Assembly: GCF_006345805.1 (NCBI RefSeq)
Contig: NC_042998.1
Span: 71,362,001 to 71,426,000, forward strand
Length of the DNA: 64,000 nucleotides
Source of the DNA: Octopus sinensis
Lineage: Eukaryota
Direction of reading: 5' to 3'
Positions 52,420-64,000 of the stretch are shown here, one piece after another. The notes below the pieces were generated by a model. It did not search any database, was not told the origin of the DNA, and worked only from the letters and a program-made list of their open reading frames with translations. Every line of letters starts with the position of its first letter. The first letter of the stretch is position 1. The translations under genes were made by a program, and so were the position numbers.

Positions 52420-52895
52420 ACATGCATACATACTTACCTACGTACATACATACATACATACATACGTGCATGCATGCATACATACATACATACATACGTA
52501 CATACATGCATACATACATACATACGTACATACATACATACATACATACATACGTACATGCATACATACATATATACATACATACATACGTACATGCATA
52601 CATACATACATACGTACATGCATACATATATACATACATACATACGTACATGCATACATACATACATACATACGTACATGCATACATACATATATACATA
52701 CATACATACGTACATGCATACATACATACATACGTACATGCATACATATATACATACATACATACGTACATGCATACTTACATAAATACGTACATGCATA
52801 CATACATATCTACATACATACATACATACATACATACATACATACATACATACATACATACATACATACATACATACATACATACATACATACAT
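52420..52895. repeat. (CATA)n-derived array with a 120-bp higher-order repeat
   Basis: 52561-52620 is identical to 52681-52740, and 52621-52657 is identical to 52741-52777. Variants cgta, catg and tata recur in fixed order. Confidence 0.95.
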
Positions 52896-53107
52896 GCATA
52901 CATATCAGAGGTGCTTCTTTCACCTTCCTTCTAGGAAATCCATTTTCGCATCATACATATTAACAAAAATACAATATTATACATCCATTTCAGACGATTT
53001 TTACCGGACAGTTTCGAACATGAGACTTTGGCAAAATGTCACCGCACTCATTAGAATTGTTGGTAGGATCTATAACAGTCATAGCACTTAATAGAAAGGG
53101 CTAAAAG

Positions 53108-53308
53108 GGATGGTAGAATCGTGAGCGCAATTCTTAGCAGCGTTTCCTCCGTGTTTACTTTCTGAGTTCATACTCCACCGAGGTCCACCTTGCTTTTCAT
53201 TCCTTCGGGGTCGATAAATTATATACCAGTGAAACACTGGGGTCGATGTGACCGAGTAGTCTACTCCCTCCTACCAAATTTCAGACATTGTGCCTATAGT
53301 AGAAAGAA
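53108..53308 (+). mobile_element. SINE copy (family of 58115-58300)
   Basis: tccaccgaggtccaccttgcttttcattccttcggggtcgataaatt..ctggggtcgatgt..ttgtgcctatagtagaaagaat. Confidence 0.7.
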
Positions 53309-53476
53309 TTATATAAATATTGATATACCTGCTTTGATGATTGACTCTATACAAATGAATCATGTGGGTGGTTTTCTGATTAATAGATTCTCAGACGACT
53401 GTGCATACTGATATACAGCTCGCTAAAAATTGCTAAGAGTATTCCATCTGTCTTTACGTTCTGAGTTTAAAGTACA

Positions 53477-53522
<46 letters not shown>

Positions 53523-53753
53523 GTCAGTCTCATGATCCTGCTGTCTGCTAGAGGATGGTAGGGGTTCACTTCCCCTGCTGGCAATATATAGGGTGCAGCG
53601 CTGTACCGATAACCAGCTGGCGGATAATCTGCCTGGAGGGAAATCAATAGTAACATGGAACAGCCACTTTAATGTGGCGATTAACTTTACTTGTTAGTGT
53701 AGTTACTACCCTGATCTTTTCTAGATATTTTAAAACTATTTTGATATATATAT

Positions 53754-53800
<47 letters not shown>

Positions 53801-53820
53801 AATATATATATATATATATA

Positions 53821-54180
53821 TAGCGGAACTCCGTCGGTTACGACGACGACGGTCCTAGTTGATCCCATCAAGGGAACAGCCTGCTCGTGAAATTTACGTG
53901 CAAGAGGCTGACCCTTAAGGTAGTTCTCGAGGAGATTCAGCGTGACATAGAGTGCGACAAGGCTGGCCCTTTGAAATACAACTACAACAGAAACAGGAAG
54001 AAAGAGTGCGTGAAAGTTGTGAAAGTATACAGCAGGGTTCGCAACCATCCCCTATCGGATATACTCGTAGAGCTTTAGGTGTTTTCGGTCAATAAACACT
54101 CACAATGCCCGGTCTGGGATCGAAATCGCGATCCTACGACTGCGAATCCGCTGTCCTAGCCACTTGGCCAGTGCACCTCC
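53821..54180. mobile_element. Composite interspersed repeat or SINE fragments next to (TA)n
   Basis: GC-rich non-coding block. The reverse of 54100-54180 resembles a tRNA-like head (gcactggccaagtggctaggacagcggattcgcagtcgtaggatcgcgatttcgatcc). Confidence 0.5.
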
Positions 54181-54379
54181 CCAACATATGCCATGTGTTA
54201 ATCCTACACGTCTTATTATTATTGCAAGTATCAGGCTTATGTTTAATACTGTCATAATATGATACCGCTTGAATATAATCACTTCGTTTCAGGACTACAT
54301 TGATAAATTATGTATTTCTTCGGAATATAGTTTGGTTAGCGAAGAGATTAGAGACATTATTGGATATGCTTTTAACATA

Positions 54380-54723
54380 GAGGCGCATGGCTCAGTGGTT
54401 AGAGCGTCGAGCTTACGATCGTGAGGTTGTGAGCTCGAATCCCGGACCGGGCTGCGTGTTGTGTTCTTGAGCAAGGCACTTTATTTCACGTTGCTCCAGT
54501 TCACTCAGCTGTAGAAATGAGTTGCGACGTCACTGGTGCCAAGCTGTATCGACCTTTGTCTTTCCCTTGGATAACACTAGTGGCGTGGAGAGGGGAGGCT
54601 GGTATGCATGGGCGACTGCTGGTCTTCCATAAAACAACCTTGCCCGGACTTGTGTCTAGGAGGGTAACTTTCTAGGTGCAATCCCATGGTCATTCATGAC
54701 CGAAGGGGGTCTTTACCCCTTAC
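54380..54723 (+). mobile_element. Full-length tRNA-derived SINE with a CORE/Meta-like central domain
   Basis: A box tggctcagtgg and B box-like gctcgaatcc. Central gtgttcttgagcaaggcacttt..ccagttcactcagctgtagaaatgagt, which is also seen at about 17945-18010. Confidence 0.85.
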
Positions 54724-55794
54724 TATGCACATATTGTAGATTTTTGTTTGGCTTACTATAAGGGGATCATCTTTGTAAGATTAAATCTAAAGTTATGTCT
54801 CGAAAATTAACAGCGTTATTTCCCTTTCTGAACAAAATTATTAAATTAAGATTTTGGAAATTGTTGTGTAATTTCGTCTTTAATTTTTCTATGGACTGGG
54901 AGGAGGTGTTAATAACAGTGAGTAGATCATCATCACAATACAAACCCCCACCAATATATGGGACGAATTTCTGGAGTTCTTATACAAGTATAAACCCACA
55001 AGGTCGGGTTAGCTCATTGTAACTTCAAAGACATTGTTACGGCTAAGCGAGGCATTAACTGTTCCTAGAAACAGATCACAGTACGCATAGCCGTGAGGAT
55101 AATATCAATTCCCTTATTAGAAATTGAGGGCCTTACTCAGTAGAATACAGAGATATCAAGAAATAATACTTGCCTGTGTATTTAGTAGAACAGGAGATAT
55201 CGAGGAATGATTATTGTCTGTGTCGAACTAGAGGAATGATATATATTTTACAGCTTAATATACCAATTACTAATTTCGCTAGAATTATTCAAGAGGTTCA
55301 AATTGGTGAACTACTTCATTTTAGGTATTATCCTATATGAGGGTTTAAGTAAAAAATAAGTTTAGGGTTCTTCTGAGTAAAATGAGGGTCCCTAATCTTG
55401 AAGTCTTCAGTTCAATCGTCTAGGTTTAGTATTGTACTTAAAACAACTTTAATACCCCGTAGCGTAGCGGTAATCTTCTTCTTATAGTTATTATTTATCT
55501 CTTTTCTTAGCAAATCTAGATACATGGTAGGTTCTATGCACGGAATATTTCCACATTCTTGTGCACGACCACATGCAATTTGTGAGACTTCTGAATCTGG
55601 TTAACAATATCTCTCTCGTTTTGTTGGAAGGGGCTCGTACAAATGCAAACACACACACACACATATGTATAATGAATAAATTAATTCATATCCATTGAAT
55701 ATCTCCATTCTGAAATTTAATAATAATATTAGATACACACACATATACAAAATATTTATGTATATACATATATGCGTATATTACATATATACAC

Positions 55795-55898
<104 letters not shown>

Positions 55899-55914
55899 AT
55901 ATACATATACACAT

Positions 55915-56440
55915 ATGGATACCTTTAGTATTAACGCCTCTCTCTAGGATATACCGATTCCTCCAAGAAAGGTTTTCCTTAAACAACTCATCAATCAGGT
56001 GGCAAACTTCCTTCTTCGATAATCAGGATATCAAGCCACTTTCCAATGACCGAAATTCCCAATTTTGTAAATTGTTGAAGTATAAAAATTATCATCCTCC
56101 TAACCCAGGTTTAAAAAGCTTTGAAGAGGACCTCTGGTCGCTTGCTAAGAATGCTAAATTGCACCGTTCACCCCTAAGGAATTAACATCTAAGTTATCTA
56201 CATAATATTACCAAGGAAATAAAGGCCTTCTTGTTCAATCGATAAAACGTGGAACATGTGTCACTTAAACACGGAATTTTACCTAAAACTACTCAGGAAG
56301 TAAATACAAAAAAAAAAAATACTAGACTACTAGTAAAAATGTTATCAGAAAGGCTAACCTAGAAGCTAAGAACATTATGAAAAAATATAACATATAAAAG
56401 GAAGACCGAGCTTTTAAAATCCAAAGCAACCTAACGTCTT
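55915..56440 (+). mobile_element. Penelope-like (Neptune-type) RT N-terminal fragment
   Basis: IRWQTSFF, PPNPGLKSFEEDLWSLAKN, DKTWNMC..FYLKLL and KANLEAKNIMKK match PLE pre-RT motifs (RWKAFF, FEEDL, ADKT, INLEAK). Directly follows (TA)n. Confidence 0.72.
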
Positions 56441-58114
56441 CAATCACCCAGCTCTCCGTCTTATCTGCCCTTCTTGCTCTGATGTCGGCAAAAATATTCT
56501 TGATAAGTACATTCCTTCGATAAAGAAAAAAGCTTAAACGTAATTATTGGTCTACCTCGTTCCAGGTTGTGGACTGATTCAACTCTATCGATAATAAACT
56601 AAACACTAAATTATCCAGCTTGATAACTGTAATTATTATTCCACTGTTGATAACTGTAATTATTATTCCACTGTTAATCCCAACATCTTTAATAAAGCCC
56701 TATGGCTCACGCATAATAAAGCTGGCCTGGGATAGAATTAATGTTCTTTTAACAATGGGTTCGTAAAGATCGACCTGACTGATTTGATATTCCTATGGGG
56801 TTATCGAACTCAGCTCAAATAGCTTATCTAGTCGGTATTTATATCCTATCAGAAATGGCTGACCAATTCCCATATATCCTCGGTGGTTTATATCGCAACG
56901 ACTGCTTCCTTTACCTTCAAAATATCTCTAATCAAAAATTACAAAATTAAAAAATAATCTTGTCAAATTCTTTAGTAATATGGGCCTAAGTATTACTTTC
57001 AATGATGATAGAACAACGATTAATTTCCTTGATATGGTTATATAAATGATTTAAATAACATCTTGAGCCTTTGTCAACATTTTCCATTATTCTTACACGC
57101 ACACACACACATACATGCACGCACACACACATATATGAAAGAATAATGGAAAATATATATTCCCTCCTAAATGGGACACTTGTGCCTTCCAAGACTACTT
57201 ATTTGTACGAGTTGAGTGGACTGGAGCAACGGGAGATAAAATGCTTGCCCAAGAAGAAAACGCAACGTCTGCTCGAGCAATCTGAATCACAATCTCACGA
57301 TATAAATCCAACATCCTAACCACTGAGCCATGTGTGAGAAGAAGTTCCATAAAACACTTCAGAAAGCACTAACTTTCTTATTGACACAATTGCACACTAT
57401 CTCACATAGGTATAAACAGACAAGCAATCACAGGCGAACAGTACTCGCATATGGTAATGTTGTCTTTCATATAGCTGCAAGTCTATGAAACTATATGCTG
57501 ATATATTAGCATCTTTCGTTATTGTAATTTAAATTAGCAATAATTACTATGACCAGTGTATCTAATAACGTTGCCGCTGGCTCATTTATGACACATTGGT
57601 AATTATGTTATTAATCATCGTATCCGTCAGACACTTAAAGATGGTTAGGTCTGCTAATAGACCTTATCTACCGAATACATGTACGGTCAGTCTGTACAGA
57701 TCAATTCATTCACCCTCATGCCTTCTCTTGATTTATTTGGCCTACACTTTCGTTCATATTTGTAATTTTGTCAGAAGTATACTGTTTTGGGCTATATTTA
57801 CCAGCTGACTTTGTAAACATGTTTTGATATTGAAAACGAAAATATATTAACCTAAGGTCACTATTTTGATTTGTGTATCACGTAGGTGGCACGTTTAACA
57901 AATTATATTTTGAATTACATTTGTTTATTGTTGGGTTTAATGAGAAGTAATTATCTTTTAAGATTTCATCTAAGCGAAAGAGAAAGTTACTGTACTGTAT
58001 ACTTGGCGTCTTTTATTTAGAAAGATTGTTGTTTTGTTTGCAGTGTGGCTATAATTAGATACCGCTGAAGGCAAAATATTAAGTGGTTACCGATTTTAAC
58101 ACTCAGCTATCTGA

Positions 58115-58300
58115 GCAGCGAACTGGCAGAATCTTTAGCACGCCGGGAGAAATGCTTAGCGGTACCTCGTCTGCCGTTATGTTCTGAGTTCAAATTCCGT
58201 CAAGGTCAACTTTGCCTTTCATCCTTTCAAGATTGATAAATTAAATACCAGCTGACTACTGGGATCGATGTAATTGAATACGCCCTCCCCAAATTTCAGG
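58115..58300 (+). mobile_element. tRNA-related SINE
   Basis: gcgaactggcagaatctttagcacgccgggagaaatgcttagcgg..gttctgagttcaaattccg..actttgcctttcatcc; multicopy within this window. Confidence 0.75.
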
Positions 58301-60937
58301 ATTATTATTCTATGTTTATATTTACCTAAGTATATATTTGTTTTTGAAAACATTCATATTAGGTTCTGATTATAAGGAGTTCAATATACACAGGCGCATT
58401 TGGGCGCTGGTTTGATTAGTCGCTAGGGCAATAAATTATATAACATGCATGATTTTAATTACGTTTCTCTCTTTTCTGATTTTGAGTCCAGAGACAACCG
58501 ACTTTACTTCGCCCCCTAAATAACTGTCAATAGTTATATTAAGAATTCCGCTTTACAATTCCCCTATTTCGGGGTCTCAAACTTAATGCACAAAATATCA
58601 GCAATGTTCTATCGTTTCCTCAGGACAGTGAAAGCTTATGGAGAGCATGTCAGAGATACTGTACAAAATTTGGAGTTAATCTGCACACCTGTTTAATACA
58701 ACACCATCTTATCGTTCGTGTTTTTTTGTGAAGTTGATGAATGAGTCTCTTCATCTTTTGGCAACTCCCTGGACGTAAAATATTTTGTACATCCAACATT
58801 AAATATATAATTTTTATCAATCGTTACAGACATATATTTGGATATGAACAAGAATATTACTATTACTACTTCTGTTAGAAGTAGTTACTCCAAGTACGTG
58901 ATGCATTGTGGTTACCAAATAACCAGATTACATAACATCAATAGATCATAACATTGGAGATTAGGGAAAGTTTCTTAAACGAAGGTCTAACAAACACAAC
59001 AAACTATTTAATTATATAATGTTTTATATTAACTACTAAGAGAAGCCCCTATGTTGTATAATCCGATGAAATGCATGAGCTATAAAGATAGCCAACAAAA
59101 TTGCTTGTTTACATCATGTTACCTAGGAGTTACAATCATATTGCCCTAAGAACGATAAAGCAGTCACGGCCGGAGAATCGTTGATGGTAGATCTAGAGAA
59201 TCAGACCCGAATAACGATAGCATCAGCATAAATGATTGTAGAATGAATAAGATATACTATATATATATGTGTCCCCTGGTAACACTATATACTTGTTTAT
59301 CGAAATAAAGCGTTGACAATACTGTATAGATATAGAATGTTGACTGAATAATTGCATGTGTCATTGAGAATGTGACCAAAATAACATATTTTAGATGGTA
59401 TTTTAATCCTAATAAAGAACAACTGTCAAACACCGTCACTCCAACACATCGGTCTTTTATCCTAGCACGTGCAAATGTGTGCAAGGAAAGAGAAATAACC
59501 AAATAAAACGAAACTTTATTCATACATGTTTATTTTATAAAATATTTTGAAATTTAAAATGATTTGAATATAGTTTACTGAGATTGTATAAAACGTTACT
59601 TAGAGGGAATTATCATAAATGGGAAATACATAAGATGTTTAGTGATACTTTGCTAATTAAATATCACTATAAATAATATTGTTGAATTGACTCGAATATA
59701 CGACAGGTTACTTTCTTGGAACAATAATAAATTAATTGTTATTATTTTTCATGCCGTCTTTTTTCCTCCATACGCTAAACATTTCTATATCGAAAGCTGG
59801 TTCTAAAACCCGTTACTCTTATCGCCGATAAACAGTACGACATTCTATGGCTGCAAAGTCAATCACTCCTGCGAAACAACTGATAAATGTGCTCATTTAA
59901 TTCGATATTATATCAGTATGTATATACAGAGAAAGAGAAAGTAATGTAAAGCGTGCGATAAATCATCCAAAGAATTATAAATACATATGTGTGTACATGA
60001 TACGCATATATTTATACATACACATGATACACACATGCATATATTTCTTTACATATATATATGGCTATATATCATATGTACAAATACATAATCAAATACT
60101 TATACAAAACACAAACATGTATGATAAATTCTCTTTATGTTGTTAACGTGTTCGAAATGTTCGTTTTGATGTCAGTTTACATTCATCTACTACATTAATA
60201 TCCGCCATTATTCCAAATTTCAAAACAAATATCATATTGTTTATTCCCTCTTCGTTTAAAGATGCTGATGCTATTATCAGTTTTTTTCTCTTCACACTCT
60301 AGGCAGATACATGCTGCTTTTTGTATTAACTGCATGTTAAAAACGAATCAAAGTAGTGTCTTTCTTTCTCTGTTATCTATCACGTACAACCCACTTTATT
60401 TTACATCGCCAGAAGCAAAATACACGCTATTTCAAACCGTTTCTTTCATCTATCATGTGATAATATATATAAAACACTAAAACTTAAAAGAAAAATGACA
60501 TATCAGAAAACAATAACATATAGATACATACACACGTACGCTCAGTCATGTTGAAACTACAGTTTACAGCAGCTTGTATAAATCTCTTAAAACTACTACT
60601 TGTGATGATTTGTAAGTGTACATATGGAATATATGTATGTATGTACACACACTCACATATGTATACATATGTATATATATATATATATATGTACATGTAT
60701 AAACGTACATAAGTATGTATGTGTGTGCTCATATGTCTCGCGATTATTTTTCTATAAAAACAAAAGCGAAATCTATACAGATAACGATACACATCCACAT
60801 ATTGAATCACATACACGCGAATATACAACACATACACAATACACACTCCTCTCTAGATATATATCTGCACACATCTACACATATATATGTGTCTCTGTGT
60901 CTCTCTCTGTGTACACACACACACACACTCATACACA

Positions 60938-60975
<38 letters not shown>

Positions 60976-61250
60976 CATACGTACATACACACACACATAC
61001 ACACAAACGTGCACTCACATTATCGTTTATGTATGTGTGGGTATGTATTATGTCTGCGCATAAATGATGAAATGTATATACAAAACGTTTTCGAAAATGG
61101 TGTTTCTTTAGGAAGTTGCATTAATATAAAGAAGCGCAAATAACCATGGGGATACACATAAACTTTCGCATTTACACACCTATAGATGAACGCATTCATT
61201 GACATAATGACAATCATATAGTTACACACACACGTATCTATGTATATATA

Positions 61251-61300
<50 letters not shown>

Positions 61301-62461
61301 GTATACACACACACGCACACAGACACACTGACATACATACGCACATATGATATTAAATTGTAATCTGTTGACCGCCAACGAAGCAGAAAACAAGTGTAAG
61401 ATATTTCACATATCAAATACTAGATATTACAGACATTTCAATGTTGTAAGGCCATAGAAGATTTAAGGAGATTTCACCACGTGCGTGCTTTACAAAAATC
61501 TCAATACGGATTTTCTCCCAGCAAACAAATATCATCGTCCCTCTCACCTTTATAGAGTTTGCTTCAAATATCCTATATCCAACGCATTTTACAAAATGTG
61601 AAATGAGTTTTTATGTTAGTGAGATTTACAATGCGAATGCTTAATGAAGATATTGTGTTTGAAACTAATATAAAAGCAGATCATTGTATTTATGTAGAAA
61701 TCCACTTAGGAATATATCACGAATTTATTTTGCTGAATTTAACAAAAAATTATTTAGAAAATATGTTATAAAGCGAAACGGGTATTAACCAGCTCCTAAA
61801 TGTCAACGTTTCGTCCTAGATAACTTAGAGAGAAGAAATACCTTAATGATCGACAAAGGCTTGTTTACGCATTCATGCAAAGAGTATCAGATTACGTTGA
61901 TGGTTTAACATTGAAGATAAAGATAGTTTGTGTTTTGTTGCCATGTGTAAATAGTAATTACAAATATTTGGATGGTACAAACTGGGAGTAGGTAGATTAC
62001 ATTGAAAGCAAATAACGAAACAAAAGGAAATAAACAAAGGCAAAACACAAAGGCGAGCAGACACGCATGCAAAATACATATACGTACAGAGAGAAGCACA
62101 AAACAAACACCGAAATGCATACACACGCATCCGCACACTTTTGAACGAACCTCGTTCAGATATTTCTTAATTACTAAATGTTGATATATTGAGCATAACA
62201 AAATAGTAAATGCGTAAAAAAAAAAATTACTGAACCCCACTACGTTTAATATTCAATGACAGTAAATGATTTGTTTGTCAATAAACATAATGGATACTAC
62301 ATTAACATCTGAAATAATACATTAATCATATGTTGCAATGTTTTGATAAGAAATACGGTGCTGAGCATAAAAATAATATGACTTAAGTGAGCAGCTATAA
62401 TTGTAAATATGGAAGAGAGAAGGGACATACATGTACCTACACATATATCATAACATCGCTG

Positions 62462-62529
<68 letters not shown>

Positions 62530-63264
62530 TCTACTACTACTACTACGTGAGACCAGATATTCTGCTCCAAATATTAGGCAACGACTTACGTTATAACAAT
62601 TGAAGATCTGAAAACGCTTGTGAGTGTAGTTAACTCAAATAATATTGAAGTTGCCAAATTTCTTTTAAAAATCACACTATCACTCTATACAACATGCTTC
62701 ACAGAATATTTTTTGCAAAATTAATACGCAAAATCGGAGTGGTTTCCCTTCCTACCTTTTCCCCAAAACTGATCTTGTTACCAAAATCAGTCTGATCTAG
62801 AAATTATGAATCATTGTTCAATGCCCGTTTGATTAAAGATCTCCGTTTGGCATGTCTATCAGTACTTACAAGCAAAAATAAACAGTCCACAGGGAGGTTT
62901 CCTTCTGGTCGCTTAATATTTTTTCATTAGATTTCCAGTTTGATTTATTTTTCTGATATGTTACGTCTAACTTCATTTCTTTTTGTTTTTTATTGATCTT
63001 ATAGCTGTCAATCACGCAGCAAAGAAATATAGAATAGTAGGTAAGAGGGTGTTAGAACTTATTAAGGAATCAGTTTGATTTAACTTAGAGGCATAAAATC
63101 TTTCAGATGATGGTTCAAATCAGACGATTTCGTAACTTTACATGGCAAGGAAGTCACAATGAACACCTTGTGTGTACCGGGAGGAAGATCACGTTGAAAA
63201 CCTTACTGTGATTGCATGACTGATTTCCTATACATCACACTTCATTCATATATATATATATGTG

Positions 63265-63356
<92 letters not shown>

Positions 63357-63469
63357 CGTAAGCACATAAATGTGAAACAAGTACTCGGATACCAGAGGTA
63401 GGGTGATATGCTTCATTGATAAATCTGAGTAATAGTTTTTTCTGATATCCTTGCAGCTTTATTAATAAA

Positions 63470-63530
<61 letters not shown>

Positions 63531-63734
63531 CCTTTCAGTGGCGTGCGGTGGCTTTTGCATTGGCTGTGCTGCCACACCCAATGCCACCAAATTTTAAGCA
63601 TCAGTATAACAAATGTTTTCCATTATGATTTGGAAATTAGTGAGCAGCTTGAATATTTATATTGAATTTGGCATTGTCGATGGATGCCTAGCGCAAACCT
63701 GGAATATACAACCCTGATATATACATATAGAGTA

Positions 63735-64000
63735 AGTGATATTCAGCCTAACCAGGGGAAACAGCATATTGGACCTCTGCTACACAAATGATGTGCAAAC
63801 TATCGATAATGTGAAGGTGACACCAACTGCACTCTCAGATCGCAACATTGTTGAACTATGTGTGGTCCTAAACGAACTGTTGGAATCTGCCCTATGAGGA
63901 GGACGCACGTCTTATCTAGACTGAATTTCAATAAGGCAAAATGGAAATCAATCTGAGAAGTAATCCACAAACGAGACTGGTTCAACATTCAATGCATGCA
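63735..64000 (+). mobile_element. CR1/L2/Jockey-type LINE, AP-endonuclease C-terminal fragment (runs off the window)
   Basis: PTRGNSILDLCYTND..TALSDRNIV..LNFNKAKWKSI matches the APE PTR..ILDL..SDH motif. Confidence 0.75.

Noticed and set aside
52187-52963. Longest ORF in the track (258 aa) and overlapping ORFs on both strands
   Set aside because: Produced by the stop-free (CATA)n array.
54380-54455. tRNA-like sequence
   Set aside because: It continues into a SINE body and lacks a proper acceptor stem, so it is a SINE head rather than a tRNA gene.
56620-56673. 27-bp exact tandem duplication; also an approximately 50-bp local duplication at 12217/12417
   Set aside because: Ordinary slippage duplications with no further structure.
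61795-61860. Minus-strand ggacGAAACgtt, a possible hammerhead 3' half
   Set aside because: No CUGANGA core or stem II 5' strand is present.

Overview
AT-rich, microsatellite-dense animal genomic DNA. The repeat style suggests an octopus or other coleoid cephalopod (inference, not checked). I cannot recognise any intact host protein-coding gene. Nearly all ORFs in the supplied track are read-throughs of microsatellites or pieces of decayed transposons. The window is a mosaic of one full-length but inactivated Tc1 element (833-2449), mariner/maT fragments, a piggyBac-type MITE, Tx1/L1-clade LINE pieces, many R4/Dong-clade 3' fragments, Penelope-like element (PLE) remnants, tRNA-derived SINEs and a CR1/L2-type endonuclease fragment. 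The most notable structures are: (i) a canonical minimal type I hammerhead ribozyme (5880-5922) inside a near-perfect 325-bp palindrome; (ii) a core-variant hammerhead candidate (44500-44538, minus); (iii) a SINE whose 3' tail matches the Tx1 LINE 3' end; (iv) apparent partitioning of retroelement clades among different microsatellite types; (v) a 418-bp near-identical triplication and a 120-bp higher-order repeat. Protein-family calls are from motif recognition by eye, and boundaries of decayed fragments are approximate.
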